Of a DNA stretch of 64,000 nucleotides, positions 49,105 to 60,600 are shown one piece after another (the first letter of the stretch is position 1; the number at the start of each line of letters is the position of its first letter). The stretch is from contig CAIPPE010000303.1 in assembly GCA_903866825.1 (NCBI GenBank), positions 1,663 through 65,662 on the forward strand, in the 5' to 3' direction. A program made the position numbers and the translations under genes. Below the pieces are notes generated by a model, which did no database searches, was not told where the DNA came from, and was given only the letters and a program-made list of their open reading frames with translations. This stretch comes from an uncultured Methylococcaceae bacterium. Lineage in GTDB: Bacteria > Pseudomonadota > Gammaproteobacteria > Methylococcales > Methylomonadaceae.

Positions 49105-49290
49105 GGGTTCACCAATCGGGGCAATCGGTATACGGATCGGGTCAAGTCGTATAGCGTTTCGGTCGATCGGTGTTCATCCTGGTTAAATCGGTATACCGTT
49201 TCAGTCGATCGGTATTCAGTTCGGTTAAATCGGTATACCGTTTCAGTGAATCTGTATTCGGTTCGGGTAAAATCGTTCTCGGTTCGACTG
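49105..49290. repeat. Array of degenerate tandem repeats, 21-bp period with 42-bp higher-order units, core AATCGGTATAC / GATCGGT
   Basis: TCG cores at 49147, 49166, 49188, 49209, 49230, 49251 and 49273. An exact 25-mer GGTTAAATCGGTATACCGTTTCAGT occurs at 49181-49205 and 49223-49247. Confidence 0.85.
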
Positions 49291-49728
49291 AACTGTCAAG
49301 AAACAAGCTTAATCAGTCGGGGTAATTATAAGGATTTGTTTCATTTTGAATATTTGCCGCTATTGACTGGCGCGACTATAAACAGCGCCGATAAATACCG
49401 TGGACGCTTTAATTGCTGAACAGAAAGCTATTAGAGTATGACCGCAACTGGAAAAAGGTTTAATATGTGTAGCAAAATTTTCTGGAGTTTCGACTTATAG
49501 CCCCCCTTAATCTGAATATCAAGATGCTTTTCAGCTTTCGGCTGCTGTCTTCCTATTGCATCCTGGTATTCCCTTCGTTTCTTAACCGCCGTACAACTTA
49601 TGAAGCCTTACGGTAAATTACCACGACAATTTAATCATGCGTGCACATTTCTTGCACATTTGGTTGTTACTATAAGACCCTAGACGTAATATTTGTAATA
49701 TTGACTATATAAATAGGATTGGTGCCTT

Positions 49729-52700
49729 ATGATACCCGCTAGTGAAAAAAACGAAACGCTATTAACGGTCAACAAAACCAGACTCTCTATAGCGATCCTC
49801 ATCGCTTTAGCGGCTCTTTCCGATACCCCGGTTACCTTCGCTAGTCCTGGTGAAGTCTGTTCAGATGGAACATTGCCCACCACTCCTCATACCTGTACCA
49901 ATGGCATAGTCATTCCTACCAATTATGCTAACAGCCCAATCTTAAGAAAGTTTGTGGATACCTTACCCGGCTTAACGCCCGCCGGAACCAACACTTTCGC
50001 TGATGGAACGCCTGGCACCTATATCCCCATTGCCGTCACAGACAGTACTTCTTATCCTGGCTCTCATTATTACGAATTAGCTGTCGTAGAATATACTCAA
50101 AAAATGCACAGTGACTTACCCAAACCCACTCAGCTAAGAGGCTATGTACAAGTGGATAGAGCCACGACTAACAGCCAACCACCAGCAACTCCCTCTGATA
50201 ATCCACTCGCCCTCAAGTACGCCGATGGATCACAAATTTATGTGGCTAAAGAAAAAGGTGTTATTAATGGTGTATGGGATCACAGCCTGGATAAAGATAG
50301 CGTAGGGAACCCTATTCTGGTTGCCGCTATTGCCTTCGATAAGCCTCACTATCTTGGTCCCACGATCGTGGCTACCCGAGGCATACCAACACGTATTAAA
50401 ATGAATAACCTGCTACCCAAGGGTCACGCCACTGTTGATAATCAGGGTAAAGTCATTCGGAATGGTGATCTTTTCCTGCCTGTTGATGAAGCGCTGCCTG
50501 GGGCCGGTAATTCAACCATCCCGCTGGCTACTTTTCCGCAAAACCGGGTGGCCATTCATTTGCACGGCGGTGATAACCCTTGGATTAGTGACGGTACGCC
50601 GATACAATGGTTCTCAGCTGAAACAGATCCTTCGATTGACCCCAGCCTAAAACGCGGTAACCGCACCTTTAATGTTCCTGATATGCCTTATCCGGGAGAA
50701 GCCGCAGTCACCATTTTCTGGCCTAATAACCAAACGGCTCGGTTAGCCTGGTATCACGACCATGCCTTCGGCATTACCCGACAAAATGTGTATGCGGGTG
50801 AAGCAGCCCCTTATTTGATCACAGACGCCGCACAGGATACCGCACTGGGTTCAGCAGTTCCTTCGGATATGCTTGCGTTTGTGTTACAGGATAAAACCTT
50901 TATACCTAACGATATTGCCAAACAGGATAATAAATGGGATCAAGCCCATTGGGGGGTTCCCGGCGATTTATGGTATCAACACGTCTATGAACCGAATATA
51001 CTCGATCATGATCCCAACACGGGGCAGCCCTTAAGCTCTCCGCTGGTTAACCCCGCCGGACGTTGGGATTATGGCCCGACTGCGAGTGGTGCGGACTCAA
51101 CACCGGCTGTTTTACCCTTGCCCGATGGTAGCTATGGACAAGTCTCATCAAGCCCGGAAGTCTACACAGATACCGCGATGGTTAATGGCGTTGCCTACCC
51201 CACGGTCACGGTTGAACCCAAAGCCTACCGGGTACACTTTCTTAACGCCGCCAATGACCGTTACTTCAATTTATCCTTATGGGTAGCCGACAGTAATACT
51301 GTGAGTACGGATGGCAGAACCAATACCGAAGTCAAAATGGTGCCTGAAAGTGTTATATCCGGCTTTACCATTAATAATGCCGGCAGCGGATACAAAAATC
51401 CGCAGGTCATTATTACAGATCCCAATGGTTATGGCAGTGGCGCCCTTGCAACCGCCCAAGTTGATAATTTAGGCAGAATCACCGGCATTACGCTGGTCAA
51501 CCGAGGCTCGGGCTATAGCAACCCGCAACTACAAATCACTGATGTCTCAGGCACAGGCGCCTCTGTTTCATTTCAGCTAGACGAAAGTCGCCCCGGTGGT
51601 ATTCCTGATCCTGCGTCTGCAGGCCCGAACATTATTAATTTCGGGAATGAAGCCGGACTGTTACCCCATCCGATTGTTCATAAACCTAAAGCCATGAACC
51701 TTGATCAATATGGAACTGAAACCAGTGGCGGCTTTTATTTGTCCAACGCAGAAAGGGGGGACACTGTCATCGATTTTTCTCAATACGCCGGTAAAACGTT
51801 AATTCTCTATAACGACTCTACGGCCCCCGTCCCGGATGGCGACCCACGTTATGATTATTATACGGGTGATCTTGATCAGCGTACCATTGGCGGTGCACCA
51901 ACCACTAATCCCGGTTACGGCCCCAATACCCGAACCCTTATGCAAATCAAGGTGTCGGCAAATGGCAGCGTTGGCCAAGCCTATGACCCTAACGGCAATG
52001 GCGGTCCTTTAGCCACGGTGTTACCGGCTGTTTACGCTCGCACTGCCGACCCCCATATTGAACTAGGCATCGTAGCTGACGGTAAACCGACCTCGACCAC
52101 TTTAGACCACTGGAGAGCCGCTCATAAGAACATCACACTGGTTACCAAAACGATTGAAGGAGGCTTTGATGTCAATTTCGGGCGTTTAATCGCTAATTTT
52201 GGTATTGAGTTACCTGGGCAAAACAAACCCACGCCGCTGGCTTATATCGATTCGCCGAGTGACATCATTCAGGATGGCAAAGTACAATATTGGCACATTG
52301 AAAACAATGATGCGGATAATCACCCCATTCATTTTCACTTGTTCAATGTTCAGGTCATTGCCCGCGTGGATCACGCAACCGGCATGTTGATTAACCCAAA
52401 ACCGGATGAATCGGGCTGGAAAGAAACCGTGCAGAACTGGCCCTTTGAGGATGTTATTGTCGCACTTAAACCGAAAACCCCCGCGTTACCTTTTGGTTTA
52501 CCGGACAGTGTACGCTTAATGGATCCCGTGTTAAACCCAGGCGACTATACCAATACCTCACTGGACCAAAACTATAATCTCGCTAACGTATCACCTTCTT
52601 CAATCCCGCTGATATTTCAGCAATATGATTTACTCACAGGTGCTTTTATTCCACCGGTTAATAATATACCCGGCGTAGTGAATGATATTAAAAACTACAG

Positions 52701-53472
52701 TTGGGAATATACCTTCCATTGTCATATTCTGGGACATGAAGAAAACGATCTCATGCGTCCGATAAAGTTTATTCCTAAACCTGCAGTCGTCCCACCGGCT
52801 CCTAAAAATGTAACACTGGATATAGCGACCGGCAAACTTAGCTGGGTAGATCCTACGCCGGCCAAATCGCCCTCTACTACAGGAAACCCTGCTAATGAAA
52901 TTGGTTTTCGCGTTGAGTATGCTTCTAAAATTCATGGGGTAGTTGGCTCTTTTAGTAATGCGATTCCTGCAGGTGGTTTAGATCCGCTTACGATCATTCC
53001 AGACAATAATCTCAATCAAAACCTAAAAAGCAACCCGACTCCAAAAGTCAATACGTTAGCAAATGCGGTTTCTTTTACTATTGATAACCGCTTATTACCT
53101 GACACAGATCTGGTTTATCGGGTTATCGCCGTAAATCAGCTAGGAGAAACACCCTCAGCACTAACTTTTGTGGCCCATTCAGTTACTGCACCGACTAATG
53201 TAGTGGCGACAGTTAAATCAAATGGGTCTATACAGTTAAACTGGATTAATAATGCGAGCAATGAGTCGGGATTTACAATACAGCTAGCGACTACTCCAGA
53301 CTTTAGTACGGGGCTGATAACGACTAAAGTTCAGAGTATTAATAAAGGGCACCTGCAAAGCTACCTGCTTAAAAAGTTACCTAGCGGAAGCTATTATTTT
53401 AGAGTTCAAGCTACTAATGCAGTCTTTGTCTCGAACTGGGCGACTTCGGTGACACCTATCACCGTACCATAG
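49729..53472 (+). CDS. Large secreted multicopper oxidase with C-terminal FN3 domains
   Basis: Signal peptide and all four MCO copper boxes: HLHGG, WYHDHA, HPIHFHL and HCHILGHEENDLM. Two FN3-like modules lie at the C-terminus. Confidence 0.85.
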   Translation: MIPASEKNETLLTVNKTRLSIAILIALAALSDTPVTFASPGEVCSDGTLPTTPHTCTNGIVIPTNYANSPILRKFVDTLPGLTPAGTNTFADGTPGTYIPIAVTDSTSYPGSHYYELAVVEYTQKMHSDLPKPTQLRGYVQVDRATTNSQPPATPSDNPLALKYADGSQIYVAKEKGVINGVWDHSLDKDSVGNPILVAAIAFDKPHYLGPTIVATRGIPTRIKMNNLLPKGHATVDNQGKVIRNGDLFLPVDEALPGAGNSTIPLATFPQNRVAIHLHGGDNPWISDGTPIQWFSAETDPSIDPSLKRGNRTFNVPDMPYPGEAAVTIFWPNNQTARLAWYHDHAFGITRQNVYAGEAAPYLITDAAQDTALGSAVPSDMLAFVLQDKTFIPNDIAKQDNKWDQAHWGVPGDLWYQHVYEPNILDHDPNTGQPLSSPLVNPAGRWDYGPTASGADSTPAVLPLPDGSYGQVSSSPEVYTDTAMVNGVAYPTVTVEPKAYRVHFLNAANDRYFNLSLWVADSNTVSTDGRTNTEVKMVPESVISGFTINNAGSGYKNPQVIITDPNGYGSGALATAQVDNLGRITGITLVNRGSGYSNPQLQITDVSGTGASVSFQLDESRPGGIPDPASAGPNIINFGNEAGLLPHPIVHKPKAMNLDQYGTETSGGFYLSNAERGDTVIDFSQYAGKTLILYNDSTAPVPDGDPRYDYYTGDLDQRTIGGAPTTNPGYGPNTRTLMQIKVSANGSVGQAYDPNGNGGPLATVLPAVYARTADPHIELGIVADGKPTSTTLDHWRAAHKNITLVTKTIEGGFDVNFGRLIANFGIELPGQNKPTPLAYIDSPSDIIQDGKVQYWHIENNDADNHPIHFHLFNVQVIARVDHATGMLINPKPDESGWKETVQNWPFEDVIVALKPKTPALPFGLPDSVRLMDPVLNPGDYTNTSLDQNYNLANVSPSSIPLIFQQYDLLTGAFIPPVNNIPGVVNDIKNYSWEYTFHCHILGHEENDLMRPIKFIPKPAVVPPAPKNVTLDIATGKLSWVDPTPAKSPSTTGNPANEIGFRVEYASKIHGVVGSFSNAIPAGGLDPLTIIPDNNLNQNLKSNPTPKVNTLANAVSFTIDNRLLPDTDLVYRVIAVNQLGETPSALTFVAHSVTAPTNVVATVKSNGSIQLNWINNASNESGFTIQLATTPDFSTGLITTKVQSINKGHLQSYLLKKLPSGSYYFRVQATNAVFVSNWATSVTPITVP

Positions 53473-53473
53473 T

Positions 53474-55270
53474 ATGAACTTCCTTCACTGCCTGACCTTA
53501 TTGATGTTTATGTTACAGGTAACGTTAGCATCTGCAGAAACTGGCAATAGCTATTCCAATCCGGCAGATTTATCGCCGCTGGAAGCACAAGGACGTGCAC
53601 TTTATTTAGAGGGAAAGCTGCCTAATGGTGAGACGTTAACAGCGATAGGGGCTGGTAATACCCGACTCACTGGTATCCAGGCAAGCTGCGTCAATTGTCA
53701 CCGACGTAGCGGCCTTGGCGGGGTTGAAGGTAACGAGGTAATTTTACCTATTACAGGTCGCGCCTTGTTTGGGGGAGGCAACCCGGTCATTGTGCAAATT
53801 GATAAACAATTTAATCAGCGTTTATCAAACCAGTCTGAATTCTATAACGACCAAAGCTTTGCCAAAGCGTTACGTTTAGGACAGCATATCTCAGGGCGAA
53901 GCTTAAATCCGTTGATGCCCCTCTATGCTGTTTCAGACTCTCAGTTACAAGCATTAACTGCTTATTTAAGCACGTTATCTAATGCCTGGTCACCCGGTGT
54001 TACGGATAACGACATCCATTTGGCAACCGTTATTACGCCCGAAGTAAAGCCTGAACGTAGGCAAATATTTTTAAAAACACTGAATGAGCTGGTTGATCAA
54101 CATAATGTCAATGTAGTGTCTGGTCTCAGACAAAGAATTCCACCTATCGAACGTAAAATGCATAACCGAAGGCACTGGAAAATGGATATCTGGGAACTTA
54201 AAGGCTCCAGTTCAACCTGGAATGAGCAACTAGAAAAATGGCATCAGCAAAGTCCGGTATTTGCTATTTTGTCTGGACTTTCTGAGGGCGACTGGCAGCC
54301 CGTACAGCAATTTTGTGAAGCCAGTAAAGTACCCTGCTGGCTCCCCAGTATCGACATCGTACCCAATGATGCCAATAAAGAAACCTATAGCCTTTATTTT
54401 TCGGAAGGTATGCAAATAGAAGCGAAAGTTATCGCTAATCAAATCTTGCTAAGCAAACCCCAGCCTAAAAAGATTGTTCAATGGGTAGGTCATGAGGCTT
54501 CTGCACAAAATGCCGGGGTAGCATTACGTCAATTATTGAATAGTAAAGATATTGAAATACAAAGTCTTTCGAGCGAGGAAAGTACAGTATCCATATCAGA
54601 AACGCTCAAATCATTAGAGGCTGAAGATGTATTGGTGTGCTGGTTAAACACTGACGAACTCAAGGCATTGACAAGCACAACGTCCACACCCTTAGGCCGT
54701 ATTTATTTGTCATCAACCTTAGCTGGTGAAAACATCCCTAACTGGACAAAAGACTGGGCGCAACAGACCTGGTTAATTCAACGTACTGAATTACCTAAAA
54801 TGCGTGCGGCCAACCTGTCCCGCTTTAATGAGTGGCTTAGCCACTGGCAACTGCCTCTCATTGATGAAAAGATGCAATCTGACGTTTATTTCTCAGTTAA
54901 TTCATTTTCATGGGTAGTTTCTTCACTATTAAATAACTTTCATACCGATTATTTAATCGATCAGGCAGAAGCGTCCCTATCCATGCGCGAAGCCATGCAG
55001 GTACAGGAAGAAGTTCAATCCATGATGATGGGCGGCGGGGGGCGCCGACCTCAAGCCATAAAAAGTACTTCACAAACACCCTCCACACAGGTAGATACGA
55101 ACAGTTCTGTCGATATCGGTTTATTATCTAAACGTGAAAGCATATCTGCCTACCCTCGTATCAGCTTTGGAGTAGGTCAACGCTTTGGTTCAAAAGGGGC
55201 TTATGTTAGACAATTTTTACCCCAAATAAACAATTTTGACGAAACTAAAGCGCAATGGATTATTCCTTGA
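53474..55270 (+). CDS. Periplasmic protein with one c-type haem-binding motif; remainder possibly solute-binding-protein-like
   Basis: Signal peptide and a single CXXCH (SCVNCHRRSG). ATG lies 1 nt after the MCO stop. Confidence 0.55.
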   Translation: MNFLHCLTLLMFMLQVTLASAETGNSYSNPADLSPLEAQGRALYLEGKLPNGETLTAIGAGNTRLTGIQASCVNCHRRSGLGGVEGNEVILPITGRALFGGGNPVIVQIDKQFNQRLSNQSEFYNDQSFAKALRLGQHISGRSLNPLMPLYAVSDSQLQALTAYLSTLSNAWSPGVTDNDIHLATVITPEVKPERRQIFLKTLNELVDQHNVNVVSGLRQRIPPIERKMHNRRHWKMDIWELKGSSSTWNEQLEKWHQQSPVFAILSGLSEGDWQPVQQFCEASKVPCWLPSIDIVPNDANKETYSLYFSEGMQIEAKVIANQILLSKPQPKKIVQWVGHEASAQNAGVALRQLLNSKDIEIQSLSSEESTVSISETLKSLEAEDVLVCWLNTDELKALTSTTSTPLGRIYLSSTLAGENIPNWTKDWAQQTWLIQRTELPKMRAANLSRFNEWLSHWQLPLIDEKMQSDVYFSVNSFSWVVSSLLNNFHTDYLIDQAEASLSMREAMQVQEEVQSMMMGGGGRRPQAIKSTSQTPSTQVDTNSSVDIGLLSKRESISAYPRISFGVGQRFGSKGAYVRQFLPQINNFDETKAQWIIP

Positions 55271-55333
55271 ACGGTTAGGATAATTTATATAAACATACAG
55301 AAACAGCCCTTAATCACTCATGAGATTATTACC

Positions 55334-55579
55334 ATGTTAACTAAAAAATATTTAATTGCCATTCCTTTGTTAATCGCAACCCATTGTTATGCCACACCGA
55401 CACTACCTCCTATTTCAGACAATCCTACTCCTGAAGCACTTGTAACTGCTCATAAAATCAAATATACAATTCATAGGGATTGTAAAAAAGAAGCTGATCA
55501 AAAGAATTTAAGCGATGAAGATCGTCCCGCTTATATCGCTACCTGTGTGAAGAGTTCCGTCAGCAATGTCATTCATTAA
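55334..55579 (+). CDS. Small secreted PsiF-like protein
   Basis: Signal peptide plus the C…A…L…R…C(V/L)K repeat pattern (DCKKEADQKNLSDEDRPAYIATCVK). Confidence 0.45.
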   Translation: MLTKKYLIAIPLLIATHCYATPTLPPISDNPTPEALVTAHKIKYTIHRDCKKEADQKNLSDEDRPAYIATCVKSSVSNVIH

Positions 55580-55681
55580 TTGTCTAGTGGACAGATTTTC
55601 TTCAATCAAACAGCCTATCTACTCGATTATGTGAATTTAGGGTATCATGCTAGCTCTGGTTTTCTTGAATACTAACAATAG

Positions 55682-56614
<933 letters not shown>

Positions 56615-56649
56615 TTCTAACGATAACTAATCCCCTTAGGACTCAATCA

Positions 56650-57465
56650 ATGCAAGGCAACCTGCATAAAATGTACACGCAACTGGACACTGTTGTTCAG
56701 TATGAATTACCCATCGGTAATGAACGTATTCCTTTAAACGCCTTGATTGGCAAGTCAATTAAATTGCGTTTTACGGGTCAAATCTTATGCATTCATTGCC
56801 AAAGATCCATTAAGAAAAGCTTTAGTCAGGGCTACTGCTACCCCTGTTTTACGTCTTTGGCGCAATGTGATATGTGCATCATGAAACCGGAAACCTGTCA
56901 TTACGAAGCAGGGACCTGTAGAGAGCCTGGCTGGGGAGAAAAATTTTGCTTTCAACCGCATATCGTTTATCTAGCTAATTCCAGTGGTGTTAAAGTTGGT
57001 ATTACCCGACAAACCCAAACCCCAACGCGCTGGATAGACCAAGGTGCTGTTCAGGCCTTACCCATTTTTAAAGTTCAATCCCGATTCCAGTCAGGCTTAA
57101 TTGAAGTTGCCTTTGCTAAACATGTCAGTGATAAAACCAGTTGGCAGCAAATGCTTAAGAGTCATGTACAAGCTATAGACTTATTCGAGAAGCGTGATAA
57201 CCTGATGGAGCAGTGTCAAGCCGAATTAACTGTAATTGCTGAACGCTTCGCGGTAAATGATATTACGCCCTTATTCAATGAATCTATTGTAGATATTCAC
57301 TACCCTATCGACACCTATCCCAAAAAAATAACCTCTTTTAACTTTGATAAAAACCCTGTCGTATCTGGCGTTTTACAAGGTATTAAAGGCCAATATCTAT
57401 TATTGGATACAGGTGTTATTAACATAAGGAAGTATACTGGCTACGAAGTAGAATTCTCAGCATAG
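56650..57465 (+). CDS. DUF2797-type conserved protein
   Basis: GxILCIHCQR…SFSQGYCYPCF cysteine pattern, as I recall for DUF2797. ATG at 56650 preferred over the ORF-track start that overlaps hemF. Confidence 0.6.
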   Translation: MQGNLHKMYTQLDTVVQYELPIGNERIPLNALIGKSIKLRFTGQILCIHCQRSIKKSFSQGYCYPCFTSLAQCDMCIMKPETCHYEAGTCREPGWGEKFCFQPHIVYLANSSGVKVGITRQTQTPTRWIDQGAVQALPIFKVQSRFQSGLIEVAFAKHVSDKTSWQQMLKSHVQAIDLFEKRDNLMEQCQAELTVIAERFAVNDITPLFNESIVDIHYPIDTYPKKITSFNFDKNPVVSGVLQGIKGQYLLLDTGVINIRKYTGYEVEFSA

Positions 57466-57660
57466 ACAAATCAAAACTATCGTTATTATTTGTTATAATT
57501 GACACATCATTATTATCTTTCCAACGGCCAGCGGTTTTTGATACCCGCCTTAACCTGGAAAACTTAAATTACACTGCAATGTATTGCTATCAATGTTGAA
57601 GATTAAATTTCTGAACTACAGTAAGCGATTGTTTTTATCCCTCGATAAAAAAAGTTAATC

Positions 57661-60600
57661 ATGACAAGACGTCAACTATCAAAAAATCGGGGCAATAACA
57701 ATGGCCTTCAGAGATTTCTGTTACTTTATATAATTGTCATATTAGTTCTAGTCTGTTTTGTCGTTTTTAAACTCGTCCGCGACGAAGTTAGAACATCAAA
57801 GTTTCAGGCTAAGTATTTATCGGCAATAAGTCATCAATTAGGTTTCAAGCTTGCCTCTGGCCCTAGTTCATCAATTCGGTACCCAGAGTATGGTCCCTAT
57901 GACCAAAGATTAGGCTATACCCTATTGCCTGACATTATTAATCGTTTAGATCAATCAGGTTATCGCATTACCTCTCAGGCCTCTTTTTCACCCATGATGA
58001 CAGAGCTTGCTAACTATGGCTTTTTTAATATCTATCACGAAAAAACTCAGGCTGGACTTCGGATAACAGATAAATCCAATCAAGTCCTTTTTAGTGCTAT
58101 TTATCCTGCTTATGGCTATGCAGACTTTAAATCAATTCCGCCTGTTATTCTCAACACCCTGCTTTTTATAGAGAATAGAGAACTCCTTAACGACGAAAAC
58201 GTGACTATCAATCCAGCCATTGAGTGGGATCGCTTAGGGTTTGCTACCTTACAGCTAATGGCAAACAAATTAGGTGCTACCAGTGCTGTGCCCGGAGGAA
58301 GTACGCTTGCGACTCAAATAGAAAAATATCGGCATTCAAAGAATGGTTATACCAATTCAGTTGTAGATAAGTTCAGGCAAATGGGCACAGCCTCTTTAAG
58401 AGCGTATATGATGGGCCCCAACACCCTGGAAATGAGACAGGAAATTGCCTTATCCTATTTAAATTCAATGCCTTTAGCTGCAACACCCAAATTAGGCGAG
58501 GTACATGGTTTAGGTGACGGCTTATCAGCATGGTTTGGCACTGATTTTAATGTTGTCAATCGCTTACTCAGTCAGGATGCATTAAAAGCTCCTAAACAGA
58601 TAACACCTCAACAAGCAAAAGCCTATCGTCAGGTTTTAAACATTTTATTATCTCAAAGACGTCCCTCTTATTTATTAGGTCGAGGCTTCGATGCTTTACA
58701 GACGCTTACTGACCGCTATCTACGGATAATGACAGAACAAGGTGTTATCTCAACAGCGCTTAGAGATGCAGCACTACAGATTCACACCAGTCGCCCCTCT
58801 AAAACAGAGTCCGCAGAGCCTCAATTTTTTACAGAAAAAAAGACCCAAAATGTGTTACGTGCCCGGCTGGCTACTACGTTGGGAGTAAAGTCTAACTATG
58901 ATCTTGATCGACTCGATCTAACCGTTAAAACCACACTGGACTTTAAAACCCAACAAGCAGTTACTCACGCCCTAAAACAACTGAGCCAACCCAACGAAGC
59001 ACGTACTGCGGGAATCTTGGGCTTTAGATTGCTTAATGAAAATACAGATCTTAAACCCATTGTTTATAGTTTAATGCTGTTTGAGAAGGATAAAACGGGC
59101 AATCTTTTACGCATCCAAACAGATAACTACGACCAACCTTTAGATATTAATGAAGGGATCCGAATCGATTTAGGATCAACGTCCAAGTTCCGCACGATGG
59201 TGCATTATCTTGAACTGGTGACCGACACTTATCAGCAGTATAAAAACTTTTCAACACTCGCGCTAAGCCAGGTCGACCTGCATCCTCGAGATTATATTTC
59301 TACGTGGGTTGTTGAGCAGTTAAAACAATCCCCAAAGATTAATTTGGAATCTTTGCTTAATCTTGCTCTTGACAGGCGTTTTTCAGGAAGCCCTGGAGAG
59401 TACTTCTTTACCGGCGGTGGTCTTCATCACTTTAATAATTTTACAAAAGATGAAGATTATAAAATCATGTCAGTACGGGATGCTTTACGTGATTCTGTTA
59501 ATCTGGTATTTATTCGTTTGATGCGTGAAGTTGTTTATCATCATCTTTATAAACCAGAAGGTATCGCCAGATGGCTTGATACACCAGACAGCCCGAAACG
59601 TAAAGAGTACCTGGAGCGTTTTGCCAATAACGAAGGTCAGGTTTATTTACAGAAGTTTTTCTCTCGTTATGAAGGTAAATCTCCCGAAGAAGCAATGGAC
59701 ATGCTGGTTAAAAGGATCTATCCAACAGCTACGCGACTAGCCATGCTGTATAGGGCCGTTTACCCTGATAAAGACGAAATGGCTCTCAACGCTTTTCTTA
59801 ATAAGCAGTTAGATAAAGCTTCGTTAGCCAAGTTAGATATTTATGACTTATACGATAAATATTCAGTAGAAAAATTTGATCTACAGGATCAAGGTTATAT
59901 TACCAAAATTCATCCATTAGAGTTATGGTTAGTAGGGTACTTGGCTAAGCACCCTCATGCAACGAAAAAAGAGGCCATTGAGGCCAGCGCTGAACCACGA
60001 CAAGTTGTTTACCGCTGGTTATTTAATAATCATCGAGCTAATGCCCAACAACAAAGAATCATGACGCTTTTGGAAGAAGATGCGTTTAATGAAATTCATG
60101 CCGCCTGGAAACGGGTGGGCTATCCATTTGAAGAACTAACCCCTTCCTATGCAACTTCTATCGGCGCTTCGGGCGACAGACCCGCCGCGCTGGCTGAACT
60201 CATGGGTATCATAGTCAACGATGGGGTAAAACTACCTGCCGTAAGATTCCAAAGCTTGCATTACGCTGAAGGAACACCTTATGAAACTATTTTAAACAAA
60301 GCGCCTGATGAAGGTGAACGTATTTTTGCTCCCGAAATTGCTAAAGTTTCCCGTGGTGCGCTAATAGGTGTTGTGACCGGCGGAACTGCAGTACGTCTTA
60401 ATGGTGTTTACACCGACGCGAATAATAACTTACTTGCAGTTGGTGGAAAAACAGGCACGGGTGATCACCGCAAACAGATATGGGGGCCAGGCGGAGTATT
60501 GCTGGACTCAAAATTTATTAGTCGTGCAGCCACATTTACTTTCTTTATTGGAGATCGTTTTTTTGGCGTTATTACCGCTTATATTGAAGGCGACAACTCC

